DNA of 64,000 nt from Paragordius varius (GCA_964247055.1 OZ176056.1:3720001-3784000); one strand, 5' to 3'. Positions 49,615 through 62,966 are shown, numbered from the stretch's first letter. Notes: generated from the letters alone by a model not told the origin. Numbers and translations are program-made.

Positions 49615-50075
49615 TATACCAATTGCACTTCAAGAGTGTCCTTTAACACTTTATATTGGTCCTTGAACATTTCAAGTTGGTCCTTCAACCTTTTTCTGTT
49701 ATTTTTATCAATCGAACCGTGTACCATTATTTTATATTTTTAACCTATTCTCATGGTTTAACCAATTTTTAACCACTTTTGATCATTTAGAAACTTTGTA
49801 TCTATAAAATTTCAACAAAATTGAAAAAAATATAAGTTTTCTGGGTTATTAATTACAATTTTTCATTGAAAACATTTATAATTGAATAATATTGGTTATT
49901 TCGAAAAAAAGTAAGATAGAAACAAAAAATTTTCTATAAATATATATTTTAAATAAATAAATATATCATCCATCAAGAGAATTAGGTTAAAAATCAATAA
50001 AATAAATAAATTGCAAAATTTATGGTTAAATCCAACTTGAATTCTTTAAGGAGATTCTTGAAGTGCAAATGAAAC
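49615..50075. mobile_element. MITE family B
   Basis: tataccaattgcacttcaagagtgtcc ... cttgaagtgcaaatg, with 21-bp subterminal units. Confidence 0.75.
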
Positions 50076-50469
50076 ATTAGCCGAACTAAATGCTAGATCT
50101 GGTGTACACAATGAGTGAAAAAAAATACTTTTTTCAGTGTTGCATTTAGTCGGAATCGACCTTTGCAATCAACAATAACAATATACTGATTAAAACGTCT
50201 TATTTGGTTATTATGCGGATACGATAATATTGGCACATATCTTAGCTATTTTTGTGAAAACGGGGATACAAAGAGCTAATTAATTTGTACGAGAATCCAC
50301 ACAATAAATATCATATAACAATATGTTGCATTATCTGAGTTCAAATTAAGCAGAAAACGGGGAAAATAAAGGGCTTTATGCTAAATTTCTTGTATCAATT
50401 AATATTAATGTCCTTTGCGGTCTATTAACACTATTTTTTGTTATAAAAATGAAATTGATTAAAAATAAC

Positions 50470-53400
50470 CGTATAAGGATCTGATCATTCACAAAGGTGC
50501 TTGTAAGGTAAATATCTTGTTTGTTTATTTCTTTATACAATGAATTGGTTAAATCATTTGATTTCTATAAAAATATTTAATTCTATCTGTAATATAAAAT
50601 AAGGATTATTAATATGAGATGTATGCGTATTAGACATTGAATTGTTATTTATACTAATCGAGGCAAAAATATTTTTATGAAAACAATACAGAACCATATT
50701 TATAAAAAAATGACATCGTTTCAGCTGGCTAAAAAGGATTACCAACTAGGGTAAAATTCAATATTTTATTGATTTTTAATAATAGGGAAGATCTAATATT
50801 TATGAGTAGAGGTCTTAAATGCAAATGTATAAATCTATGCATTAGGGATAACTTTTGGGTATTTACTATCTGTGGAAATATTTTAGTAGAAATTAACAAA
50901 AGATATTTTTAAATAAAAGAAGCCCATGGGTAGAAACCTCCCCATTTTAAAACTTTAATGCCAAATTAATATAAAGAATCCTTAACCTTTAAAATTGATT
51001 TATTTTTATTCTTCATTCAAAATTTTGCAGCTTTTATGTAGATGGGACATTGTTAAGAAAAAAAACTTAGTTATATTTTTTATTTATTTTTAGTATAATG
51101 TTTTCCTCAAAATAATCAATACCCACGAAAGCTCTTTATCCACAAATCATATAGATATCTTGTTTTTAATGACATGGTGGCACCAATAACAAGAAAATTT
51201 GAACTATATATCAAAATTTAATTTAAATCTCGGGTTAGTAACACAATGTCATCGATAATTTATAACAAATATTACTAGAAAATTTTTAAAATGTATTATC
51301 CTTTCCCTAAACATGAATTGGCCAGTTTATGGTGCAGACATATGAAAAAATCTTAAGGGGTCTGTTGTGTAAAAAAAATCCAAAGTAATGTACGGGTATA
51401 AAAATCTGTTTGCATTGCAAAAGAATTGAACGATGCGTTACCGTAAGTGTAAAACTATCTAAAGTACAGTGTACCCCAGGGTATATATATTAAATATTGG
51501 GCTAACCGATAATAGGCATTCTAGGACCTTTTAGATGCTTTATTGGCATAAAATTACTGAAAAAATATAGAACGAAAAATGTCTTTAACGTTTTCGTTAG
51601 ATATTTAATTTATAATCGGCTGTTTGTTTACGGTTGGGACGTGTGGAGTCTTGAACTTGCAAGATTTTTTTATATAACATAATAGCATAATTTTTGAAAA
51701 TATTAGCTGAGAATTTTTTCATAATATTAGTTATTTTGCAAACAAAAATATCAATCATATATCTCCTGTATAAAAAAGTCAAATGGCAATAATTTTTGAC
51801 TACTTCCAAGACTTATAAATTAGCTTTTTACTGTATTATTTATAAAGTTTAAGAGATTAACTTTGTAATAGAGGCACACTAATCCACATTCTACTGGGTA
51901 TGATATTGAGAACCGTGAATCTAATTTAATCAAACTTTCCATATATTTTGCCAAGTGTATGATCTGTAGTAGAAATAAAATGAAAATTAAAAATATGTAA
52001 CTATGTAAATTTAATATTTAACACATATTTGGAGAATCAATCGAGTAATTAGCATGAAAACTTTTACAGGTTTATATTTTTCCATTATAATTAACCGATT
52101 AATTTAAATGCAGCATTTTTATTAGTAAGTAATATTGGTAAATGACTTTTATCTAAAGTTATTATTATTAATTTAATTAAAATATTATAGGTAATTATAA
52201 CAAAAAATGAGTTTGAATGATAAGGTGAAGTGATTTAAAAGGTAATACATTTTTGAAATTACTAAATATTATACTGTGGGCACCCAAAATAAATGTTTCT
52301 TAATTATAGCGTTTTTCAATCAAAAGCATCACCTTTTCAACGAAAGTAACGCGTTTTCATCCGAACGCAATATTTTTCAGCAAACGCAATTCGATTCGTT
52401 TGATTGAAAGCGTTGCTTTTGACTGAAAAATATATCTCTTATTCGATAGTTAAAATATTCGGAATATGCATATTAACACGTAGACGGACAGTAGGAACAA
52501 GCGAAGTTCGAAAATTGACACTATATGTTTTTGTGATTTTTAGAATGTTAGAAGTATAGTTTTACTCTTTCTGCCTAAATAAACTTAATTTTGATTAATT
52601 TAGTACCTTTAATTAGGTTGCGGCTATAACCGTCATGGCTACGCCAGTAAGTGCACATTTGTGCTGCTATAGCCGTAGTGTCTAAAAACGACCGTTTTGT
52701 TTTGGACGGCTATAGCAGTCATGCCACATTGTGAACTTCGCTTTGACGGCTATAGCCGCAATTGTCCGTCAACGTGTTAAAATAAATGCTATCATATTGA
52801 CAGAAAACAAGAATTGTTAGCCAAAAAACTATATAATTTATTTTTGAAGATAAGCAAATACAATAGAAAACGCGTCAATTAAATGTTTGTGTGCCATAAA
52901 AATGCCCAGTGCAAAAAATTTAAGGTTTATTCATTGTTTTAGAAGCAAAATATAATAATTTAAGCTAAAAAATCGCATTTGAGCGTCAAAATTTAGTTGC
53001 GATTATGCCATGAAAGATTTTAATTTTTATTTTAACCCTCATATATTTACTATTTTATTTAGGGTCTACATGATATTTCGCGTTGAAAAAATGTTTTAAG
53101 CAATATAGATATTTTACACAAATAATTCTAATGGTTCCAATTTTATATTCTTTTCAACGATGGAAAAAACCAACTATTATTACTTCTTACCTCTTGGGGT
53201 TTTATACAGAGCAATTTAAAATTTGAATATTTTTAAAAATATTTAAGGTATTAGGCTGAATTTAAAAATAGGCCTACATTTTAAAGTCGGGTACTTGGCT
53301 AGGCGCATTATACGAAAATTATTTGTTAAACATAAATTGTATACATATACTCATCTTAAACTTTTTTGCCGCCATTTTTCTATAAATATTTAAATTGCCT

Positions 53401-56400
53401 ATACCACAGGCAAATAAGTGTATATTATGGTTAGAAATGTAATTTTAAACTTAAAAAGGCTTTCAGGCTAGATTTTACCAGTAAAAGCTTAATATTTTTA
53501 TATTAATATCAGCTGTTAGCGTCAATCATGTTACACTGTCCTAATTATAGACTCTAGAAGTCACAAAAATGTAAAAAATATAAACTAATTATCTAATGTA
53601 TGAGAACAAAGTTTAAATCACAATTTTCAAGGATAAAATTTTTAGTTAATAGTTTATTTTTTATAATAAAAGTTATATTTCAACCAAAGGCATTTTTATA
53701 ACACAATATTTTTTGAAGCAAACAAGATTTTTTTAAGTTGTCTTTGCTAGATTATTGTTGTGCGTTTGGATGAAAAATATTGTTTTTGCTTGAAAAAATG
53801 TTGCGGGATTATGTTTCTTTTGAGAAAAATGGTAACCACATATATAATATTAAATAAAAATCATAGTTTAATTAAAATTTATTAAATAATTTGCTATGTA
53901 TATATTTATTTAAATATTGATTAACAGAAGCTTTTTTAATCCAATATTATAGCAATCAATTAATAATTGTTCCGCCTTTTATTGTGTAAATTTGTTATCT
54001 TTTTAATTATTAATACACCAGTATTCGAGCAACCAAATAATAAATTAAAGCTATAAAATATTATTGTATGCATATTTTCATAGAGACTAATTTTCATTAA
54101 TATATTTAAGTTAAAATTAAATTCATGATGCTCAATCTTTTATCAATTTAATAGGTTTACAACACTAACCTTGCATTAACCTAATTTATCGGAATCGTAA
54201 GTTTTCCAAACATTTAAAGGTTAGTAAACATACCTAAGACACCAATTAAATAATAGATTATCGAATTATTATTAAATAAATTGGGTCATTTGGTATGCAA
54301 AGTAAAAGTTTATGTAAATTAGCAAAGAAATAAGATATTAATTATGACCTAAAAATACATTTTGATTGTCGTCTAGTTCAAAAAAATTTCTCAAATATAT
54401 ATATGTATTTCAGATTTTAATTATTATGGCCAAATTTAGAAAATGCGTTTTGGATAGTATTTTTTGCTAAGGTGAATGCCTGCTTTCAGGTTTTGAAACC
54501 GTTGCATAAAAAATTGAGAAGATATGGCTATTTTTGAATAACTTTTATAAATTTATATTCATAATATTTCTTAAACAAACTTTGCAAAAATGATTAAGGT
54601 ATAATAAATATTATATGTATTTGTTTCAATACACTTCAATATATATAACTAAGCGACTAAAATGCAAAATTTTCGACTATCAATTACCATTTGTGTACAA
54701 CACATTTCAGTTCGCCCAGGCCTGTTTAAACTTAAATACTTCAATATATATGGAACGAAATGAAACTATGGCAAAAGTGTGCACTTATATAATATTAATA
54801 AACCGAAACATCATAAACATTCCAAAATACTCGAAGTTACTTATTTTAAGGTAAAAGCCAAATGTATAAATTTAGTCAACATGTTATGCGTGCATTAGTT
54901 AAATTTATAGATAATATGCGTGCATAAATTAAATTTATAAATAGAAAATTAACCATTTTCTCCTTTTCTATCAATTTTAAATGTCATTTAAATAAAAAAA
55001 TTGCTTTAATTTTAGGCTTAAAATTAACACGACATTTTGCAAAAATGTTGTAAAATAAAAATAGAGTGGAAATAGTTTAATCTGGCATTTTTTTCCAAGC
55101 TAAATTTTATTTAGTTTAGCTTAAAAAACCGAACTTAAATATAGTCTAAGGTAATTAGATACCCCAATATGAATTGAAGTGTTAATTAATGTTTTTGTAA
55201 AGAGGTTTCAGTTATGTGAAAAATTTAACTCTTTTTTAATTTTTTACGCAAACTTTTTGCACATCAATTATAAACATGTGATTAAACCCTTTGGTACCTG
55301 AGATGGAGAATTAAGCTTTAAAATTTATCAATAAGCTATAATATTCAAATTTTAAATTTAAAATGTAAATAGTTTTGTGTCATTAGATTATTGACATATA
55401 GTTTATGTCTTCATAGGTGCCAAAGGGTCAATCTCATGAATAAAAACAATTTAACAGTGTTTTTCAAAACCCGATTTAAAATTTTTCACATTCAATAACA
55501 TCCATCAAATTTTATAAATTAAATCATTATTTTACACTTAAAACGCTTCACGTTATAAATGTAAAAAATATCTAAACATACTGAATGTTTAGACTCTCTC
55601 CATAGAAAAATCCAAGCAGAAGTCAGAAAGAAATGAAAAACTCTAACACGCTTTTCTTCGGAAAGAGAAAATAGCGTATAAAGGTAATATAAAATATTGA
55701 AACACAAATATTGATGCATATTTAAATTATTTATTATAACAGCTCAACAATTTTTTAAGTTAATTTTTTGCAAGTGGACTTTAAATAATTTATGGATTCC
55801 TAACGAGTTTACTCTCTAATAATATTAAATAAATTATATATACTACATATTGAAAATACCTTTTTAATTTGTTGTCGAATTCCTTTCATCCCGATAAGCC
55901 CAATATGAAAGTACAATTTTAGAGCTCTAAAACGTCGGCCTAACGGAATTTCCCAATCCTTTGTTCAATTTATATATACACATATAAGTATAATTAGTGG
56001 TTAGGTCATCAATTTTATTTTCGTTTTTACTATCTTTGTATTTCAATACTCTTTAAAAGTTTGGGATTTATTGATTTATGGATAGGATTACTTTTGGGTA
56101 TTTCGCTAAAAATCTTAAAGAGTTTTGTGAAAAAACCAAAAATTATAATATTGATAAAGATAAGGCTGTCCCACATGCCAAAGATATCCGGTTAGTTTTG
56201 AGTTAAAAGTTACAAATTTAACCCAAATTACGTCGGTTTATATAATTATATATATCATTTTTCAATCAAACTCACATTTTTTTAACCAAATGGAAAATTA
56301 TTTTAAGCAAGAGCAACATTTTTTTCAACCAAACGTAATATTCTTCATTTAAACGGAATCTAAATTGTTACGTTTGCTTGAAAAAAATGTTATTTCTGAC

Positions 56401-59400
56401 CGAAAAATGGTATACTACCAAATAATGATTTGCGTTTTCGAACGCAGGTTTTAAGTAAGCCGCTTTATATTTGGAAGAATGATCCAGGTTTATTGCACTT
56501 TCTACCCTAGGAAAAAAATATAATAATTATCTATATAATATGGTCGTAAAATATTCAGGTATATTAAATCTAAAAATTCACCATAAAATTGCACAGTCAA
56601 AGCATACACCCATTATCTTGTGAGGATTGAATGTGATCGAATGAGCCTTCTGTAAAAAAATAATATTCGTAAAAAAGTTGTAGTATACCATGTACACATC
56701 AAATTCCCCCTTGATTTTAAATTTACGCTTAAACATTTCGAATATCATCCACAAACATTTTAAATTTCCATGAAATAAATTATGGTTTCAAAAATCAAAA
56801 ATTACCCATTTTTTGATATATTTAAGAAATTAATACAGTAAAAAAGGATCCACAATAATGAGTTTAATTAGTCCTAAAAAACATAATTTATTTATATTTA
56901 GGGTACAGAAAAAAGGATTATGCCATAAAATATCAATAATGAGTTTAATTAGTCCAAAAACACATAATTTATATCTAGGGTAAGATTTAGGTATTTAAAG
57001 GTATTGAAGTGTATCGGTAATATGGGGAATTCATATATTAGGAATATTAGAAAAAGAATACTGTATTTCCGCTAACAAGCATTTACTTTCTTTATAATTC
57101 TACACATAATGCTTTCAGGATTCGAAATCATGATGATAAAATTAAAATCTCCAGAATGTTTTATACCACTCATAAAGCAAAATTAATTAAAAATATTAAT
57201 TTGTATTTATTGTAATATATAGAAATTATTTTCGTTCGTGAGATATTTTGATGCTTTAGAATTCGTAATTTAATATTTGGTAGAATTCATATTTCACCGG
57301 CAGTTATGATTATTTAATTTAAATTTGTTAAGTAAATTATATATATATACCTTTGCGATTCAAGAGTGTTCTTGAACACTTCAAGTTGTTCCTTCAGCAC
57401 TTCAAATCTGTTCTTGAACATTTCAAGTTAATCCTTAAAATTTTAAAATTTTGATTTAACCATATTTTTTACATGTACATTTTATTTTCTTATTTTTTAC
57501 CGAATTTATTCATTTTATATTTATTCATTTTAATATAAAAAAACCACTTTGATGTTTCAAACTAATTTTTTTTCCAATTTAACAAAAATATTAACTGTTA
57601 AATGTTTTTAATAAAAAATTGTAAATAATAACCCAGATTATATTTTTTAATTAAATGTTAAAATTATAAATATTAAAATATTTTTAAGAAATTAAAAAAG
57701 ATATACCAATGATTAATAATTTATATTGATTAACAATTAATGTTAAATAAAGAAAAATAGGTTAAAAACGATAAAATAGATGAATGATATACGATTAACA
57801 AAACAAAGAAGTCAAAGGACCAACTTGAAACATTCTAGGAACAACTTGAAGTGTTCAAGGACACACTTAAAGTGCAAATCGGATACAAAGGGGGTCTTGT
57901 TAAAATTTAATTTTATATTTAATTTTCAACTTTTGAAATTTAAGAATTTTTGGATCAAGGAAAATAGCCCAAGAGATATTAATTTTTCCGATATTGAATA
58001 GGGCTTCTTAAACTATGAGCGACCCCGTTTGGAGTCGCGAGTGATAAAAATACAATTTAACATGTTTTTTAACTTAAATTATTCTAAAAAATAACAATCA
58101 TCATAGATAAATATATCATCATAGTAAGTTTATACAAGATATAATAATGATCGGAATAAAAATGCTGTATAATAAGTTTTTCTGAACCAGAAAGAAGATG
58201 TTATAGAAATTTATAAAAAATGTTATTTTAGTCAATCTCTTAAAACCATAATAATCCTGATAAATATTATCAACAAAATTTCTTCTGTCATTCAACACCT
58301 ATATTTATGAAGTTATTTCCAAGCGTTAACAAGCAATAATTTCCAATTCAACGATAAAAAATGTTCAAGAGGTCTTACGTCCAGCAGTTTCAAACATTAA
58401 ACCAAGGTTTGATTTATCATTCAATAAAAAACAGGCACAAAATTTTTAATGTAAACTTTAATTTAATATTTACCACGCAACTACTTGGATAAATTGAAGA
58501 GAATTAAGACGGTCAGAATCTAGTTTGTATTTGAAACAATAATAAATACATTTTAACATTTTGTGCAAAGATGATTTTGGGTTAATAGGGAATAGAAATG
58601 TATTGTTGGTTCATGAATTTATATAATTTAAATTAAGATTTAAGGGCTCATGACGAAATAACAAAGTTAAATAATTTATGGTCATTTTTTGTAAAACAAC
58701 TTTCTCTTAGTTTTTACTTTTTGTCTGCTATAATTTATTTTATAATTTTTAATCTTCAACTTTTGCTTTGTTTTAGCATAATTAGTCATGCAATATAAAT
58801 AAAATTTATTTGGATATTGTTGTATTTATACTTAACTAACTCCAAAGCATGGTATATAAACTATTCCAAAATTTTGTTTTAATTATATTTTATCAAAATT
58901 AATTTTTTTGTTTTATTCATTAAAACAAATACTACCATGTAACTAAAATTTTGTATATAGTTCAATTAAAAAAACTTTACTAGAATTTAAGTTATTTTAA
59001 CATAAAGGTTCTTGTTAACAATATTTACAAAATCAAATTAATATATCATCCATAAATTATTATGAATTAACTAATATATCACTATAGATCTTGATATAAT
59101 ATATGTGTTAGTTTTTAAAATTTTTTTAAAACCAATCTATAATTGAGTGTACAAAACTTTAGCTAACCTCAAATCCGCCACCATAAATTTTTTGATATTC
59201 CTCGCAAAATAGCATGGAACCGGCGTAGGCAGCATCAATATGAAACCATATATTATACCTTTGACCTATTAAATAATGTAAGTATATACAGAAAACTCCA
59301 AACTTAATAAAGAGCTAGGACTTTATTTTATTGAATTTACGAGTAATCAATTTTTTTGTAGTTACTGGAGATAAAAGAGTATTATCTTACCCATCCTAGC

Positions 59401-62400
59401 CCTACTTCCTTAGATTTTATTAGGATATGTTAGGAATTGATCGTCTGCACATGCAGCAATATTAGATCTCAATGATAAACATAAATTTGGAGTATATCGT
59501 TTGTTTTAACTCCTATGGGGATAAATTTATTATACTTAACCATCGGTAGACAATTGGTAAAGAGTATAAATTTTTATTTCAAATGGATTATTCACTGGCT
59601 TTTGTTTCATTTTCAAACAGATAATAATTTTAAGGTAATTACAATGAAAAGAGCGCTAACATAAAATTTTTATATTCAAAATTAATTACGGTATTAGAAA
59701 ATGCAAAGAAACTCGAGCGGCAGGGATAACCGTTATATAACAGGTATTACCGTCAAACGCATTATTGTGAGCATATTTGTTATTTAATGCTATTTTTTTT
59801 AAAGTAATAAAAATATATTTTTATGGTAGTCATGGCAATTGCAAGAATGGCGAACTTATAAAAAATTGGTGCAGTCATCCTCAAATATTCTTAAAATTAT
59901 TTAAATTTAGAAAACCTATAAAAAATTATATTTTATTCGAAGATGTTCCAAGTAGTAAAATTTTAGAAAAATTTAAAAAGCGCTGATTTTTAGCTAAAAG
60001 CAAAAATGCTGTGATTGCAATAAAAGTTATAAATATTATGCCACTGACATAAAAAAATATTTTTAATACTTGGTTTATTCTATTTATATTTGAATCGAAA
60101 TTTGAATAATGATATTTTTGAATATATTTTACAATAAAATTAAAAAGATTATGATACACGATGATGCTGAATATTTCTTATCACCGTTTAATTTTACTAA
60201 AAAATAGTCATTCGTCTGTAATTTTAATTTAAATATAAATTAACTGCACAAAACTTTGATATCAAGAACACATTTAAAAATATCAAATTATAGATATGGT
60301 CATTCGTTAATTAAGAAAACCATCCCATTTTAGAAGGGCATCCATAAATTATAGACTTTAGGCGCCTATAGAAGTATAGATCTTTTTAATTGTAATAAAT
60401 AATACATTTTATTATATTGCATAGTGAAGTCCGGCATTCGCGGAACAATATTTAGCATATTGTGCACTTTTGCGTATTGCTATATGAAGTAACTATATAT
60501 TGATTTTATTTCTTACAAAAGTCAACCAAAACGTACCATGAGAACCCTATTGCATCTATCATATAATTAAATCATCAGGATATTTTACATTATAAACGAT
60601 TGACAACATTTGCTTTATTATTAGATAATTTATAAAATTATTATAAAAACAATTCCACATTTCCGTTGTTTTTCGGTATATGCAACATAACCTTTATTTT
60701 ATGATTCAAATCTTAATACCCAAAATAATTATTCGAAAAGTACATTATTAACTCCTAAATATATGTTTACATATAATTCCAATGGTTTGGAGATCATCGA
60801 ACGCGCAAGTGTTAGTTGTACCCATAGTAGCTATGACCTATATGATAAACATCTATTCTCTAACCAAAAATGGATGTTTTCCATTTGCAATGTCCCTTTG
60901 TATAGTTTCTTCCAAGTCTTTGGTATCAACCGATAAATCGTGTGGACAAGCTTTTATGCATACAAGTTGTACTGCACTTAAACATGCGGCTTTTGGAATA
61001 GCAAAGTGTGCCTTTATAATATTATAATAATATAATACTAACCTCCTGAGATGTATATGCCATTATTCGGCTCATAGCTTTATAATAAGTCATGGTTGGA
61101 TTAAGTTCCATCAATTCTCTAATCTTTTTTTCTCTTGCCGCAATGAATACGACAAGCAAAGCTTCGCTTGCCGTTCCCTACAATGCATTATATATTTATT
61201 TTAAATTAAATTAATCTATTAAATTGCTTTTAGAAACAATTTAAAGAAACGATGCTCAGACTGCGGCCCGTGCCATAATTTTGCGATGATTTTAATGGAT
61301 AAAACAGCATATTAACGTGATAAAAGGTTGAAATATACAATTTAATAATCATTAAAAATTTCCCTTATAACTCTGGTTAATAAGTGTTTATTGATCTATG
61401 GCGATACAGACAGATTTCAAGTAATGGGCTTCTCCAGAAATGCTACTGGGTTATATATTTTTAATAGAGGATATCAGGTGATTTGTCATATTATAAAATT
61501 TAACCGAGGTAAGTTAATTACTTTTACTGCCCATAAACTGCATTAAATTTCTTATTAGGTTAAACTCTTTTCTAGAGCAGCATATTCAACATGCGGCCCC
61601 CGAAAATTTGGAAATCCATAATTTGCAAAATATGCTCAACTCAAACTTGGTAAAATTGCTACTTCTTAGAAATTTCCAAATAGTCTATTTGGTAAGGTTT
61701 AGAAAAATGTATATTGCATTTGCTTTTTGCAGTCTTTCGTTTGAAATATTAAATATATAATAGGATTCTAATGCGGCCCTTCAATTATTTGAGTTATAAA
61801 TGCGGTCAGGGAGCCCATTCGTATTGGGCATCCCTGTTCTAGATTGTTGATAATTTTTTCCATATATGGTTAAATTAATGTATTAATATATTTATATATT
61901 AGGCTGTTCTAGTAGAAGAGTTTTTATACGTATAGTTTATTTTTGTGTTTGCCGCTGTTTTAAAATTTTTTTAATTGCTTGACGTCTTATAAGTGGTAGG
62001 TATAATATAATATATATAATTTATATTGTAGAATATAATTCATTTTCGACACGTAAACAGTATAAAAAATGGAAATTTATTTAACAACGCAGAATAACTT
62101 TTATTTCACTACCATATGTACAGAACCACCGTGGCATTCCTCCCATTTTAAATCAATATGACATTGGGGTAGGGTTTTAACCAGGTCTAATAAAAACTTT
62201 TTTATCAAATAATAATTGATCCCAATTAAATTATTCAGGGGTGTATAAAGTTCCATGCTAGTGTGGTAGGGTTTATATCGGCTAAATCGCAAGGAATGTT
62301 AAAACCCTGAATGAACACAAGTATAACATAAAAATGGAGATTTTAAAAGTTGTATTGCGGAACATTGTTGGAAGGAATGCCATAACGTTTCTTTTGACAA

Positions 62401-62966
62401 TGTAAGTTGCATTACGATTTCCAATAATAATCAAAGGCTTACACGAGAATCATTGGAGATTATCAAAGGAAACAACTTTAACCGAGAGGAAGGACATGAG
62501 TGATATATGGAAAGTCATTCTTGATGATCGATCCCATATGGCCTCTTGTTTTCAACTCAAAGTTGTTGTCCCTTATTTAATTTTCTTGTGTGTTTTTTTT
62601 CATTAGTTTTAGTAACATATGTTTGTAAATTTAATAAATTGCTTGTTCGACATGGTTTAAACCACTGACAAATTTTTTTATCTTATTATTTAACGAGAAA
62701 ATCAACAATAAACTTTTTAAAAATTGTATACAAAGAACAATTTTATCCATACTCATTTATATAAATTTTTTTTAACGCTAAACGAACATACGTTATAGGG
62801 TCCAAAACCGTACGCAAATAATAGTTTATAGTTTAAAATGTATTACTTGTATGATACCTCCACCTTTCGTATTTTGATTAAATTTAAATTTGGAGGGTAG
62901 GTTCATTTCTTGTGCAATCCAATCTACCATAATCATTTCTAATTCCGTGAATGCAGGACATGATGA
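50470..62966 (-). CDS. Group II PLP-dependent decarboxylase, aromatic-L-amino-acid (DDC/TDC-like); partial, 5' exons beyond the window, one internal and the terminal exon unresolved
   Basis: Minus-strand exons 62847..62966 (SSCPAFTELE..GGGIIQ), 61043..61177 (GTASEALL..AYTSQE), 60865..61011 (AHFAIPKA..HPFL), 60771..60837 (VIATMGTTNTCAFDDL), 59168..59265 (WFHIDAAYAGS), 56582..56649 (FNPHK, PLP lysine), 56419..56506 (AAYLK), 55860..55958 (WEIPLGRRFRALKL), 54740..54783 (FAIVSFR), 50470..50564 (SNDLTNSL..IYLT..LIR). Joins are GT-AG and in phase, apart from the gap between 55860 and 54783. Confidence 0.9.
52477..52776. mobile_element. piggyBac-like MITE with TTAA TSD
   Basis: TTAA|CACGTAGACGGACA ... 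TGTCCGTCAACGTG|TTAA; internal repeated palindrome (g)cggctatagccg. Confidence 0.75.
56262..56414. mobile_element. MITE family D at the 5' end of a decarboxylase intron
   Basis: Terminus ctgaccgaaaaatggtata ends at 56414, intron position +5 on the minus strand. Further partial copies at ~52310-52433 and ~53685-53833. Confidence 0.65.
57346..57885. mobile_element. MITE family B
   Basis: tatacctttgcgattcaagagtgttc ... cttaaagtgcaaatcggata, with inverted 21-bp arrays. Confidence 0.75.
57999..58290. mobile_element. Partial copy of the hAT element at 3974-5588
   Basis: agggcttcttaaactatgagcgaccccgtttgg..gtgataaaaatacaatttaacat and gtcaatctcttaaaacc..taatcctgataaatattatcaacaaaattt. Confidence 0.75.
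61578..61836. mobile_element. hAT (Charlie-type) MITE
   Basis: Ends CAG... and ...GGGCATCCCTG; flanks ttctagag / ttctagat (7 of 8 match, NTCTAGAN target); internal atgcggccc motifs. Confidence 0.6.
62100..62523 (+). mobile_element. Penelope-like element 3' fragment (GIY-YIG endonuclease), antisense in a decarboxylase intron
   Basis: SLPYV...SGVYKVPC*CGRVYIG..RNVKT..EHK...IAEHCWKECHNVSFDN...RLTRESLEII...NFNREEG...WKVIL, with stops and frameshifts. Confidence 0.85.

Noticed and set aside
55519-55719. Minus-strand ORF as the missing decarboxylase exon
   Set aside because: No resemblance to the expected segment and the splice phases do not fit.
61145-61177. Apparent Helitron-like hairpin (gcaaagcttcgcttgc)
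   Set aside because: It is the minus-strand GTASEALL exon of the decarboxylase.
61250-61370. Candidate decarboxylase exon ending GTGRSLSI
   Set aside because: The true GGGIIQ exon is at 62847-62966, and this segment carries a hAT-like gcggcccg motif.
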